DNA from: Nageia nagi
Lineage: Eukaryota > Plantae > Pinophyta
Direction: 5' to 3'
NCBI GenBank assembly: GCA_050084985.1
Contig: JBITNC010000001.1
Location: 114,762,001-114,826,000 of the forward strand
Length of the DNA stretch: 64,000 nucleotides
Below, piece after piece: positions 1 to 13,535 of the stretch (within the stretch, counting starts at the first letter, position 1; the number at the start of each line of letters is the position of its first letter). The notes beneath the pieces are model-generated. The model had not been told where the DNA came from. It made no database searches and saw only the letters and a list, made by a program, of their open reading frames with translations. Position numbers and translations under genes: made by a program.

Positions 1-697
1 TCTCAAACATTTTGAAGGAAGAGAGATAATATTTTTTATGATTATTGAACTTCTTCTTAAAAGGAGTTTTGGTTGCTTATAGAGCAACATTATTATCTTT
101 TAGAGAAAAAATCAACACCTTTTTGTTAAGGGTTTTCTCATGCTTCAAAACAAGCTTAGAAAGGTTCTCAAGGGAGAAGACTTCTTCATCATCAAGCCTT
201 ATTTCTATATCCATCACAAAGCTACCAAACTTTGAAGAAAAGCTTTGGAAAATGATGAAGACTATGAACTCATCATTGATCCAATTGCACCCATAAGCAA
301 CAAGTTGGGTTCTTAGGTCAATGGTTTTATTCAAGTAGATAGCCACATTTTCATCTTTATCTTGATGAGATTGAAGAAAATTTTGGAGAATTGTAAACCT
401 TCTTGAAAACTTTGAACCAACTTAGATTTGCTTAAGCTTATCCCAAGCTTCCATTACTGAAGTTGAAGAGAAAATCATCAGGAGCACATCATCTAAAACT
501 ACATAAAAAATCATGGAGGTTTCCAACTCATTCTTCATGTTGTAAGTCTCTAATGCCTTCTCATTTGTAGGAGGTACAAGGTTCTCATTCACTATTTGCC
601 AAAGCTTCCTTTTTTGCAACTTAGATCTCATCCAAGTTTCCTAAATCCCAAATTTGGAACCATCAAGAATGCATTTGGGTAAAAAGAATTCTCCCAT
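1..697 (-). pseudogene. gag: Copia gag N-terminal/UBN2-type region, decayed
   Basis: Reads MGEFFLPKCILDGSKFGI*ETWMRSKLQKRKLWQIVNE...SSTSVMEAWDKLKQI*...DENVAIYLNKTIDLRTQLVAYG, the typical Copia gag pattern (L.G.N...W...M...L....LW; S.EAW..L). Confidence 0.8.
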
Positions 698-2533
698 TTG
701 CTACATAAGAATATGAAAAATAATAAGCATGTGGTTCAATAAACAACATTATATGTTAAGTTTTAACCAAGTAAGTCATACATGTTACATTTAATTAACT
801 AAGTCATGTTTGATTAGATTCACTAGTGCAAATATTTTACAACTCAAATATACATCCCATTAACCTAAATACTTTTTCATCACCAAGAACTGTAGATGAA
901 GAGTGACAATATTGAGGCTTGTTTTTTTTATCTAAAATTAGGCCTTTACCTAGATGCTTGCATAAGAGGAGCTCAAGTACTACCAATCCTCAACCAATTC
1001 ACCTTGGTTAGTATTATACTTTTTCATAAGGATAAGTACCTATTATTTTTCAAGGTTATAATGTCTATTAGATTGACCAAATTATTAATCTTGATTAGGT
1101 TTCAATTTGTTCTCTTAGGTTATCATGATAATCCCTAAATGGAAATGCAAACATATAGTATCACTACACACAAGTCTATCCACCTAATGGAGTTATATCT
1201 AGATCAACAGAGGACTTAGTGGCAATTCAGAAGTATGAACTTTTCACCATTTGGATCATCAAACTTAAAATCTCCAATTCGCCTATCCTCATCTCATAGC
1301 TCCTCAAATAAGTCATGTTGCAGAATGTACATGTAGATGTGTTCATTTTAGGAGATTTTTCATATCAATATTTGCATTTTTATTTGCATAAGCAAATAAA
1401 TCAAAGTGCAAAAAATGAAGTAAAACAACATCCATTCAAAATTTTAAACCTAAGTGTCCAATGGATTTTATTTGCAACTGCTAAAGGACATCTTTACAAC
1501 ATTCCTTATTTGTACAAGTTCATTCCATTCTTGCATAAAGAAGTAAAAAGCATCATAACTTAAGTAATAATCATGCATTATTCCAACTTAAGTACAAAGC
1601 ATACATATTTAAAAATAAACTTTAAGTACTATGCAATATTTCAATACAAGATAAAGTAAGAGGTATTGGTATGCAAAAAGATAAAATTTAAGTAAGAATT
1701 TATACAAATTCTCCTTTTTTACTTAAAGTTTTATTTTTAAAGATAGCATACTAGTTTATGAAAAATATCTTATAAGAATTTTCATTCCATAACATTGCTC
1801 TAAAGATCTAAAAAATTAAGTAAAAACAATTCCCCCTTATTACTTAATAAAGATCCTAAGTAATATTACATTTAGCTACATAATATTTACTAATGTAAAA
1901 AGCAATGTAATTAAGGAAAAATAAAACTTGTAAAGATATGCCTCTAGAATATCTACCTAGTTAAAACTATCTTGAAAAACTTGCTCCAAGTAGGAGAAAC
2001 AAAATCATCATTACTTTACCACAAATAAATGAGACACCTCCACTCCAATTTAATGTGAAAAACTAAGTCTACACTCTACCCAAATGCATTAAATTTAACA
2101 ACCCAATTTAATGATTTTTCATCATTTTTACTCCATGCATAGCAAGTCATAATGAGAAGAAGGAACTTGCTTGTAAAAAAGGAGAAAAAAAAATTAACAC
2201 CTCAAAAAAAAAATTCATCTACCAAATTAATGCAAAGGTAGGTGAGGATTCAAAAGAAATAGAAACATATGGAAGAGAGAGGAGTAAGGGGATGAGAAAA
2301 GGTAGGTTGGGCAAGGGAAAGAGGCTACATGAGGAAGAGGAATCACTCATGACATCTCATACCTATAGCAAGAACAAGACCAAACACCTTGATGGGGAGA
2401 TGCCATCCATGCCCACAAATCATACTAGGTGTTTGCAAAAAAGAAAAGAGACAAAAAAGACTAGCATAGGCAAGAAAGAGGTGAGACTATGGTGGAGAGG
2501 GGCCACACAATAGGAGGGTTAGCACCCATGGAG

Positions 2534-2560
2534 GAGAGAGAGAGAGAGAGAGAGAGAGAG
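2534..2560. repeat. (GA)n microsatellite, about 13 units
   Basis: Direct observation. Confidence 0.95.
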
Positions 2561-3565
2561 GTCATGATCACAATTGTGATCATGATAAAGTGGAGGAGAG
2601 GGAGTGAGGTTGCAGCAAAGTGAAGTGAGGTCTTGTAGAATATTGGATGTTGTAGCATGTTAAGAGGAATATGGACTAGACTAATGAGCATGACATTCAT
2701 TGTTGTAACAAATCCCAATGCTCTAATTGAGTTCATTTTTATTTGAGTATATTTCCCACCCATGTTGTAAAAGGCACTCTAAAAAAAAGTCCCAATACAG
2801 GAGCCTACATGAAGAATGGTTGAGGCCATCAAGATTAGAGAGATCATTAGCTGAGTGGTAGCACCTAGGAGGTGACCAGCTAGGGAGGAGCATGAGAGGT
2901 GGATGAGGAGTAGAAAGTTGGGTTTTAAACCCCCCAAAAGAGAGGGTACTAGCTACCCAAAAAAATTTCAAAAACATAATGTAAATTTAAAAAAATTATA
3001 TTGAATTCAATTTTCTTTCTCCCCCCACCTTTTTTTGAAACCAGAAAAGCAAAGGGTAATGAAGAAATAAACAATTTTTTTTTTATTTAAGCAAAGTGTT
3101 ATACTGATTGATTTTTAATTCAATAAATAATACTTTATTACAAGAGCAAATAAATAAATTGAAATAATTGGTTCCGCCTTTTTCTTCCTCCCTCCTTTTT
3201 TTATACAAACCTTTTGATAAGAAATAAACCTCCAAACCAAATGTATGCAAAATTAGAGCAATACAAAAATCATTTTAAAATTATAACTAACAATAGAAAG
3301 TATTAGTATAAGTAAACAAAAATTTACTTCTCAATATATTGCTCTTTAAAAAAAAATTTCCACATATAAAAAAGAGAACTAACATAATACAAAATGTGTT
3401 AGTAACATTAGTTAAATATGCCAAAAAAGATTAAAAAAAAAATGAAGGAGATTGTATGTAGGAGGTTATACCTTATCTTGAATTTTACCTCAATAATGAA
3501 ATGAAGAGATGAACACCAAGAAGTAGAGCTTCCACACCAAAGATGTGAAAATGAGCTTCCAAGTA

Positions 3566-3577
3566 GCTCTGATACCA
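3566..3577 (-). promoter_or_regulatory. Primer binding site (initiator tRNA-Met)
   Basis: gctctgatacca is the reverse complement of TGGTATCAGAGC, 2 nt from the LTR terminus. Confidence 0.9.
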
Positions 3578-3579
3578 AA

Positions 3580-4080
3580 TGAGAGAATTGAACTATAAAC
3601 TAAACAAATCTAAACTTCCAATATCACATGTAATCTCACAAATCACATATAAATAACTAACACACCAATCTCACAAATATAACTCAATATGTAAGTGGTT
3701 TCTCTAACTAGGAGTACATCCACTAACTAGATTTCACTTCATTCACAAATATCAACTCTTACAATCTTTCTAAACTCATCTTCTAAACACTATCCTATAG
3801 CATAACTTTACTCCAATAATTGGTGTATGATCACAAAGAGGGAGCCTTCTATTTATAGGCCAAAATCCCTCTTTGGATCACCCTTTTACCCAATGTACAA
3901 AGGCATGACATGTAACTCCCTTTTACCCAAGGGGCATGCTCATGACATGGAGTGTAGGACAAGTTACATTATCATATTCACTTAAATACTTAAGGTATCA
4001 AATGATACCCTTAAGTATTAGTGAACTTACATAGAAGAATATTACAAAACCTTTACAATAATGCATGATACATTTCAACA
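3580..4080 (-). repeat. 5' LTR of Copia element, about 500 bp
   Basis: TG at 3580, ttcaaca at 4080, minus-strand TATA box (cctataaatagaa) near 3850; homologous to LTR 16289-16850. Confidence 0.8.
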
Positions 4081-6512
4081 GATGAGAATTTATAACCTAT
4101 GATGGACCAACACGTAGTCTAGTGAGGTGATATGTATATCCTACAATAGTGAATTTAATCCATAGTTTAAGGAAGTCCCATAGTATAGGTTCCAATATTT
4201 GTAATTATTAAAATCCTAAGATCACATCACACCCTCCCAATGTAAGTACATACATGTCACTTTGCATGTGATGATCATCAATATTGAGCTTAACATTGCA
4301 ATATTTCCTCTTGCAAGAAATTCTATCTCCATTTCCAATCATTACTTCAAAATTATTGAGGATATATAAAACAATTAGCCTATTTAACTACACTAGGATC
4401 AATGAAATTATATGTACTTCCTGAGTCAAGTAAAATAACAAGGGACTACTTTTTGAAATATCTATGAACCTTCATTTTTTGGGCTATCATAATTCTTGCA
4501 AGTGCACTACAAGAAATTACAAGAACTTCTTCTTCAATTATTTTAGGCTCATTATCTTCTTCCTCGATACAATATCATCCTTTGAATCATCAAAAATATT
4601 AGCACTAAGCAAACACAACCTTTGTGTAGTACATTGATGTCCAAGTGCATACTTTTCATCATAATTATAACAAATACCCTTAGCTTTGTGATCATTCATT
4701 TCCTCTTGAATGAGTCACTTAATTTGAAATGAATGGGTAGGTTTTGGAGTAGCCTAAGCACCTTGAGGTTTGTTGAATGGTTGATTCCCTTATCTATGTT
4801 GGGCATTAAATTTTTCTTCTACCAATTTGGTCAACCCAATAGCCTATATCATAGTGGTAGGATTAAATATTTTGACTTCTACCCTATTGTCTTCCTTCAG
4901 TACACTAATGAAGTGACTCTTGAAAAAGGATTCATCTAATCCCTTTGTGCAATTTGCAAGATTTTAAAATTATGTTTGATGTTCCTTTACTGTTGATGTT
5001 TTATGAAGTTTTGTAAGGGCTCTTGTGAAATCCTCAAAATCACTTGGGCCAAACCTTAACAATAATTTTTTTTATAAAATCACCCCAATAAGGAGTCCCA
5101 TTCATTTTTTCAAACCATTGGTACCATTGAGTGGGATTGTGATCCAAATGAAAAGAAGTGACATTGAAATTTTAAAACTTAGGAATTTGATTTAGTGTAA
5201 ATTATTATTTTGCTCTATAAATCCAACTCATTGGATCCTCTCCATTAAATCCAGGGAAATCTAGCTTAGTTATCCATGAAAGGATGAAGGCTTGGGGACC
5301 TCCCATATCTACCAATTATACTTGCATTTGAGTATTATGCCTTGAAGACTATTGAAAACTTGTGTCTGATGTAGTTTGGGATGAAGTTGGTTGTTGCATA
5401 GCTATCTAAACTACCTTTTGTACTTGCAATAGACTTGAATTTATCGAATCATATTTAGTGCCCAATCTAACAAACTTCTCTATAAACTCAATGAATTTGC
5501 CATTTATTTATTGAAAAGCATATTAGAGGTCAACTCTACCAAGGTGAGCTCATAGCTATTTAACCTCATCATCTAATTTTTCTAGAGTGGGATCTTGAGA
5601 TCTTCTTCCCTCCATTTGAAATACAAGCTAGGTCATGGCTTACTACTTTTAGTAACTGCTATTTTTGGAAATTGAAAAAGTGTATGGGTGTTATATATCA
5701 AAATGGTCAGCTCAAAAAATATTAGGAATGGATTAGGTCTTAATTTGATAATTTTCATAATTTTATACTATTTTTTAAAATCATTACAAGCGTAACGAAT
5801 AGGCATTATGGGAATTTGCTAATTCCTCATGGTTTGGGAGATATTCACTCTAGATGTTTTTTCTTATTTTGGTGCTATTATTTTGGGTGATAGTTTGAGG
5901 ATTTCATGAGATTATAAAAAAATAGATAGAGTTTTGACTAAAAAAATAGCAATTTTTAGGGTTCTACTTCAATGCAACCTTCCAATTTGTAAAAAATTGG
6001 GCAAAGTTTCATCTACAAAAAGGATAATTTATAGCTTTCTAACTTGGTGCGACCACATAGAAATGGCCATAGGTAGCCAAAATTGAATCTTTGATACCAC
6101 TTGTTAGGAACCTAGTAGAACTAAAAAGGGGTTTTTTTCCTAAATACCATAAGAAATACTGAAATATAAAATAACCATAAACTCGTAATGTATCATGTAA
6201 AGCAAATGGAATGAGACACTCAAATTAACAATAGATAACAAAATAAAATAAACTTACTGATAGCAATATGAATCACAAGCCACTTTAAGGGGGGTATCTC
6301 CTTACAACTCAAAATGATAAATGATTTTCCAAGATGCTCTCTTTATCCCTCTTACAAGTATTTACAGTTCTCCTACCCTAATTGGTGGTTTACATTCAAA
6401 ATGGCACTTCATCTTACAAAATACAATAGTTCATATTACAAGTTGATGAAAGCAAAAAATTAACTAAAACATAAATAAGCTTAAGTAAATGTTAATATGT
6501 GGGATCCTAATA
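4081..6512 (-). mobile_element. Ty3/Gypsy (chromovirus-like) element, 5' part: LTR 6102-6512, PBS 6089-6099, gag-protease 4081-5615; interrupted by the Copia at 4080
   Basis: LTR termini TGTTAGGA...TCCTAA(T)A; PBS ctttgatacca; minus translation gives KLDFPGFNGEDPMSWI (gag), KGICYNYDEKYALGHQC (Zn knuckle), LLDSGSTYNFID (aspartic protease), DVILG...ILWDF. Confidence 0.85.
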
Positions 6513-9190
6513 GGAAAAGATTAGACAATGGTGGAATATGCCAAACTACGGAACCAAGATGTTCATCATAGCTAAAAAATTACAAAATATGAAGAAACAA
6601 ATTAAAGTTTGGAATAGAGATGTATTTGGTAGATTTGAAAAGAAGAAGGAACAATGGAAAGAAGAATATTTGAAATTGGGGAGAGAATGGAGCTGTAAGA
6701 TTGTAAAATGATCTCAAACAAGAAGAGAAGGAAGTGTTCTATGACCTACATAATACTTTAGCAACGGAAGAAACAAAATAGAGATAGAAATTGAGAATAA
6801 CATTACTTTAAGAAGGTTACTACAACATAAGATTTTTCAAAATGACCATCATCAAGCATAGAGCCAAAAATAGGATTCTAGAAATAAAAAATGCTCAGGG
6901 AGAACTTACGCAGGATATTAATATAATTAAAGGATAAAAGTTATTCTTGGAAGAAGAACTTGATAATGTCTAGATGAGGGATATTCTTGAAAACATCCCT
7001 AATTTGGTGACTAATGAGCAAAACCAATGACTCACTATGCATTTCTTTAATGCAAAAATTGAGAATACAATCTTCTCCATGGCCCATAATAAGTCAAGTT
7101 TGGATGGATTCCCCATAGAATTTTTCCAAATTTTTTGGGGGATTGTGGGAGTAGAAGTCACTGAGGTGGTAAGAGAAATTCAATCTTCTAGGCAAATGCT
7201 TAAGGCCTAGAATGTTATATTTTTGGAACTAATTACCAAATTCTTAGATGGTAAAGATTACAAGCAATTCCACCCAACCAGTCTATGTAATGCATTTTAT
7301 AAGATCCTTACTAAAACATTGGTTAACAAGTTAAAGCTAATCCTTCCTCACCTTATCTCTCCAAAATAGGGAGGATTCATTCAAGGGAGGAAAATTGTTG
7401 ATGGGATTATAAATATACATGAGGTATTACATACAATATAGACAAAGAATATTATGATTTTTCTATTAAAGTTGGACATGCAAAAGGCCTATGATAGGGT
7501 AAATTGGACCTTTTTGGATAAGATTTGTCAAAAATTTGGGTTCTCAACAATATGAAGTTCTTGGAATAATCAATGGATATCAACGATCTCATTCTTAATT
7601 CTAATTAATGAAGCTATGAGCTTTATCTAGTTATAAAGGAGGCTCAGATAAGGTAATCTAATATCTCCATATTTATTCATCATAATGGTGGAAGCCCTAG
7701 GAAGGAGGATTGAGGAATGGAGAAGGGTTGGTAAAATTCATGAAATTATACCATATGATGCATCAATTATTAGACACATAGCTGATTTGTGAATAACATA
7801 ATTATAGTTGGTAAGGCTTCGATGATTGAAGCAAGGAATTACTTAAGGATCCTTCAACTCTATGAAAGGGTATCTCAGAAGAAGATAAACTTTGACAAAA
7901 GAAAATCTCTTCTTCATACACACCTTAATCAATAGGAAGATTACTAGGATTTTCAATTGCCAGATTAAATATCTCGCTACTACCTATTTGGATATGCTAC
8001 TATTTATTGGCCCTTCAGGGAAAAATCTATGGTTGCCATTGATCGAGAAATTTTAGAAAAAAACTGTGGGATGGAAAGGGGAAACTCTTTTAATTGCTAG
8101 AAAATACTTACTGGTGAAAATAAAGCTCCAAAGTATGCATGTCTACTATGCATATGTATTTGAGATTCTAGTGATTATATGCGATCAAATTGACTAGATC
8201 TATAATAGATTCCTTTGGACAAAAAATGGAGGAAAAGAGAAGGGTTACCTTAGTAAGTTGGTCCAAATTCTATAAGCCCAAGTATTAGGAAGGGCTAGGT
8301 CTTCATAGTTTGAAATAATTTAATATGACGTTAAGAGAGAATTTTGCATGGAAGATTAACACCAATGAGGAAAAGAAGTGGGTTGGTATATGCCAAAGAA
8401 AATATTTGTTTGAAGGATCAAACTTCATTCAAACTGAGCTAAGGAGGCAAGGCTCAACCTTCTATAAGGGTTTGATCAAAGTCAAAAATTTGCTAAAGGA
8501 AAATATTTTCTAAAGCATTAGTGGAAAAGATCGAACTTCATTTAGAATAAGCTAAGGAGGAAAGGATCAACCTTCTATAAGGGTTTGATCAAAGTCAAAA
8601 AATTCCTAAAGGTAAATATTTTCTAAAGCATTGGTGATGGAAAAGAGGTGATATTTTGGGAAGATGAATGGTTACAGGATAGATCACTTATACAAGTTCC
8701 TAACTTATCTAATTTGACTAGATGGGGAAGGAACAATATTGGATAGAAGGTCCAATATTATATAGAGAAGAATAATAGATAAAGAACATGGAAGTTGCTA
8801 TGGCTTTCAGGCCATGATCTCTCTATAGCTACAGATGTAGTGAATAATATGTTGACTATGACACCCTTGCTATTGATGGATAATGGCCTTGACATCCCAA
8901 GATGGAAACCTAGGAGAGGGAGAGTGTACTATGTAAAGTTAGGATATTTAGCCCTCATAGCTACAAATGATACCACCTTTCCTATAAAGAAGGTATGGAT
9001 CAAAGGAGTCACCCCAAAGGTAACTCACTTCCTATGGTCGGTATTTAGGAAATAAATACTAACTATTGACAATATAAGAAAGAAAGGACACATTTTGGTC
9101 AATCGATGCTTGATATGATACAATGATGAACAATCAATGGACCACCTGTGCCAATTTTTCTCATTTACTCAAGAAGTGTGGAAAGATATT
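6513..9190 (+). pseudogene. LINE ORF2 (reverse transcriptase and zf-RVT), many stops and frameshifts
   Basis: L1 RT domain motifs occur in the correct order. Confidence 0.9.
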
Positions 9191-9663
9191 CGAGGAGAGA
9201 AAAGATTTAAATTTGGAATTGGCATAATAGAATCAATTTCAAAATTCCTCCCTATGGTAAATGGGAAGGAAGAATAGAGATGTTGGACAGTATGGAAGGA
9301 AAGAAATAGATGAATATTCTAATAAAAATTGATGCCATATAATATATTGATGGGAAAAATTCAATGCATGGTTGAAAATTAGAAATTGATAAGTAAAGTG
9401 GCCAGATGGATACAAAATCTAGTAGGGTAGGAGAGGAGAGCAACATCTCACATGGGATACATGAGTGAAAGATGATAGTCCTAGGGGAATGCATGTGAAG
9501 GGAATACACACATGGAATCTATAGCAGTGCCACAGATTAAAACATTAGGAACTATAGATGTAAGATATAAATGTAGGGATGAGATTGGGTAGTTGGGGTG
9601 GCAAGTTGGAAAACATAATTTAAAAAGGTACACCCATAGAAAATCATCATGTATTCTACATGC

Positions 9664-11050
9664 ATGAAAGATGACAACCCAAAAGCATCTGGAACCAACC
9701 TTTTGAGAATAATTCAAGCAAGTTTTGGTGGTCTAGTAGATTCTTTGTAATGAAGGTATAGATGGGTTCATAGACACCCTGAATGGTCATAATCCAAGCT
9801 AGTCTAGGTAGGTATCAAAAACTTGGGATAAAGGTAAGTTGTTAGTGTACACCAATTCTCAATTAATGAAGATCTGATTGAGGTGGATATGGGTATGTAT
9901 AATGCTGGAAGGAAGCATTGCAAGGAAATGTGCATGCTCATAGTGGAGTTGTAAGCCTTGTATGGGCAAGGGCTACCTTTACTAGAGAAGAGAAAACTAG
10001 ACTAGCCAATAGAGTCAATTCCTTACCCTTGGAATGAAATTTCCAAGGAAATAGTGAAGCTCTTCACAATGGAAGGTAGATACTTGGAGCTCTATGATTA
10101 CATTCATCTTGTTGTGCAATTTCAAAGGTCTGTATAGAGTAAACCTCCCTTATTTCCTATTCTATTCCCTAGATATTTACATTAGGAGGAATAGGGGAGC
10201 AAAACTTATTCAACAAAGGTTGATTAAGGTCTTGGTGGATTTTGAGTGTACCAAAGCTAGAAGGGTGTAGCCATTGCTTCAATAATAGCCAATAAACCTT
10301 TGAAAAATCCCCAAGTTCTAGTTGATTGGGGTCATCTAGTATCTCAACACTATGACTCTTATCAATTGATAGACTAGTAGCTTATTTGGTAGTGGTGATT
10401 ATATCCTTAGAATTGGAGGATTCTCTCTTAGACTTGGAGGAGGAGGATGCTTTTTTCAAAAGGAAAGGAAAATTTAGAATTGAATTAAAGGAATAGGAGG
10501 AAGATTCACCTATGAAGGAGTCAAGCTATCTGAATGAGTGCCCATAGAATCCTCCAATGGTGGAGGAAATGGACATGGAGGAAGCTTCTCCTACACGCTT
10601 GAGGACTGATCAATGGTAGAAGAATGACGATGAAGAAGAACACACCTAGATTACTTAGCAAGATCAATATCCTAAAATGGATAAACTTAGTAAGCAGCCT
10701 GAAGGTCCCAAGAAATTAAAGACATTAATTTCGAAGAGGAAATTCAAGAAATGATATGGGAGGTGTAGGAATTTCGAGGAATGGGGTAGAATTGGGAGAT
10801 AAGGAAAGGAGTGGAGAGACATCAAAATGGTTAGGAGAGCAATGAAGGCCTCCAAATACCTATGGTATACCCAAATAAAGATTTGGAAGAGCATGTGGGA
10901 TGGTCACTCTGGCCTCTACGCAGAAGGAGGTACTATGATGATCCTAATTCAAAATGTAGATGGACTGTCCCAAATAAAAATTGAGTTATTTTAGGAGTGT
11001 TTCAACAAAAAAAGATTCCAATTTTGAATTAGACTAAAGCTCTCTAGTTG
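9664..11050 (+). pseudogene. Extra ORF ('ORF3') downstream of LINE ORF2; unknown conserved domain plus acidic/coiled tail
   Basis: Reads KHLEPTF*E*FKQVLVV**ILCNEGIDGFIDTLNGHNP...KTWDKG...IESIPYPWNEISKEIVKLFTMEGRY...FILLCNFKGLYRVNLPYFLFYSL; homologous to 34722-34965 joined to 44897-45770. End approximate. Confidence 0.7.
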
Positions 11051-11313
11051 AATAAATGAAAGGATGGTGTGACCAACAAGCAAAAAGTAAGGATAGTTGC
11101 AGCCTATATTTTATTTAGTGGAAACTACAGTTACTCTTAGAAGATAGTTTTTAGAACATATGTAATACTATTGAATATCTAAAAAACTTTTTGTACATAC
11201 AAGTTTTGGGACCCTATCTTTTTTGAAAACCCGCTATAACTTTTTACCCTTATAAAAAAAATATCATAACAATTGCAAGTAACCAACTAATATAAACTAA
11301 TCATGTTTAATAT

Positions 11314-11696
11314 TGTTGCAATTGAAAAAAGTTTACACAAATTTGTATAAATTAATCCAAACAAATTGACAAGTTGAAGGTTAGTAGCTTTGTTTGGGTT
11401 AGTAATTTGTAGTTAGTAAGTTGTAAGTTAGTGTTAGAAGATTGTAAGTCATGTTATTGCACTTTGTTTAACACTAAGTAGGTTAAAGATTAGTAAGCCC
11501 TAATCTACAACTATAAATAGCTTTTAAGATTAGTGTTTATAGTTAGTATTTGAAGTTAGTGCATATTTTACCATTGAATTAATTTAAGCATTAGTTTATT
11601 AACCACAAAATAAGGATAACCACACAACAAGGGGTTAATAGTTTCTTTAGTTTTTATGGGTTAGTTACATAAAAAGATTCTAGGAGCTTTACAACA
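11314..11696 (+). repeat. Probable solo or nested LTR
   Basis: TGTTGCAA...TTACAACA termini and internal ctataaatag TATA box; no matching TSD. Confidence 0.45.
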
Positions 11697-13386
11697 TACT
11701 CAATGTCAACACAAGTTGTAACAACTTTAACATAAAAATAAGGTTAATTAACACAAACATGCTTAGAGAAGACTTATTTCAATAGGAAGAGCCATTTCTT
11801 CAGCCATAAATGAAGAGAATGATGGCCAAGAAGGTAAAATAATCATTCACCCAAGATCACAGAATTTGCAAAGCATCACAACAAACAATGAAGAGAAGAT
11901 GAAAACTAATTAAATTCATCTGTAGAAGCACCAAGAATAAATAGGATTGGTGCATACAAAGAACAACCTAGAGAAATAACAAGAATTTTTAATGACTCCA
12001 AATATACTAGGAAGAGGATAAAAGAAAGACACCTAATATCCTAATAATACTTAAATAAAAAATAAATACATAAGAAAATATAAATAAACTCTAATACCCC
12101 CCTTAAGTGAGACTAGGAGGTAAAAAAGGTGGCACATCCACAAATATGAGTGTCGACAATAAGGCCTAATCAGGTAATCATGTACAATATGTCCAAAAAA
12201 TAATCTACTAAAAGATGATGAAAAAACCATCTACCAGTAGAGAAAGAAGAAGAAGGAGAATGGAGGATGGAGAGGAAGATGTCCTCAATCAACACCCCTA
12301 AGGAAAAATTATGTCATCTCAAGCAAATTATGCAACTAAAGGAAGTGAGAAGATGCAAAGGATTTCGTGAAGATGTCAACAATCTGCTATTGAGTCAGAA
12401 GATAATCCAAGGTGAGAATTCCATCCTGAATATGCTATCGAATGAAGTGCATGTGAATATCAATATGCTTGGTTCATTGATGCTCTATAGGATTATGAAA
12501 AATATGAATGAAACTTTGGTTATCATACCAAAGTATATTAGGTCAATCCTGGGAAAAACCAAACTCAATTAATAATTGGAAAAGCCAAAGAGCCTTATGG
12601 CTAGCTGTAACTACCGCCCTATACTCTGCCTCTGTAGATGATAATTTAATAGTCTATTGCTTCTTCTATGACCAAGAAATATGAGAAGAGCCAAGACAAA
12701 AGACATAACCTAAAGTGGAATGTCTATCATCAATAGAACCTACCCACAAATTTGTGGAACCACATCCATAGGATAAACCAATGTGTGTGGTACCTCTCAG
12801 ATATTGAAGAATGTACTTAGCTACCTGCTAATGACTATCATGAGGATTCTAAAAGAATCGAGAGATCAAACCAACTGCATAGGAGATGTCAAGACGAGCA
12901 TGGTAAGACACAAAAGACTTCCCACCAATTGACGATACAAAGTAGTATCAAAAAGAGATAATGTGCAAGAAGAAGTCAATGTAACCCCAAACTAGAATGG
13001 CATAAGAGATGGCTTAAAATCAGCCATTCGAAAATGTTGTATAAGATCCAATGTATACTTATGCTGACATAACGAGATCCTTGTAATAGTTTGTGTGATC
13101 TAAAAACCAAGGAAGTAATATGCCAATCCCAAATCTATCATCTCAAATCTCTCTAAAAGAGAATGTTGAATAGGCTGAATATGAGAGGAGGAGCTCCCAG
13201 TGAGAAGCAAATCATCAACATAACAAGTATGGTAATGTCCTCTCCATCTCACCAAATGTAGACTGTAGTATCTCAATGACATCTGATAAAACCAGTAGAG
13301 AGAAGGAAATAATCCATCTTCTCATACCAAGCTTGAGGAGCTTGTTTGAGACCATAGAGAGACTTTGTAGTCTACAAACAAGTGAT

Positions 13387-13514
13387 GTATCCCAACAAAA
13401 CAACATGCTACTCCTTGTAAATCTCCTATGCATATCTCCATGTAAGAAATGTATCCCCAACAAAACCAACATGCTACTCCATGTAAATCTCCTATGCATA
13501 TCTCCATGTAAGAA
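13387..13514. repeat. About 65-bp tandem duplication inside Copia RT
   Basis: tatcccaacaaaac...catatctccatgtaagaaa occurs twice; FLHGDMHRRFT appears twice in ORF 13215-13532. Confidence 0.9.
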
Positions 13515-13535
13515 AGCACTCTTCAACTCCATCTA

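Larger units (their letters stand above)
1..4080 (-). mobile_element. Ty1/Copia LTR retrotransposon, 5' part (5' LTR, PBS, long leader, gag); continues past the left edge
   Basis: LTR at 3580-4080, tRNA-Met PBS at 3566-3577, Copia gag remnant at 1-697. Confidence 0.85.
6513..11261 (+). mobile_element. L1-type LINE, 5'-interrupted: ORF2 remnant, downstream extra ORF, short A-tail
   Basis: RT motifs DGFPIEFFQIFW, SLCNAFYKILTK, GGFIQGRKIVDG, KLDMQKAYDRVNW; zf-RVT-like VWIKGVTPKVTHFLW...NRC...DHL; A8 run at 11254-11261. Inclusion of 9.2-11.26 kb is inferred from the same architecture in the second LINE. Confidence 0.75.
11262..13535 (-). mobile_element. Ty1/Copia 3' part: RT-RNaseH (about 12290-13535), PPT 12097-12107, 3' LTR to the left of 12096
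   Basis: KSAFLHGDMH, YVDDLLLTGSS, FEMIDLGLAYYFLG, LSSTEAEYRA, TKHIDIHMHFIR, QIVDIFTK; ccccccttaag is the reverse complement of the PPT. Left boundary approximate. Confidence 0.85.
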
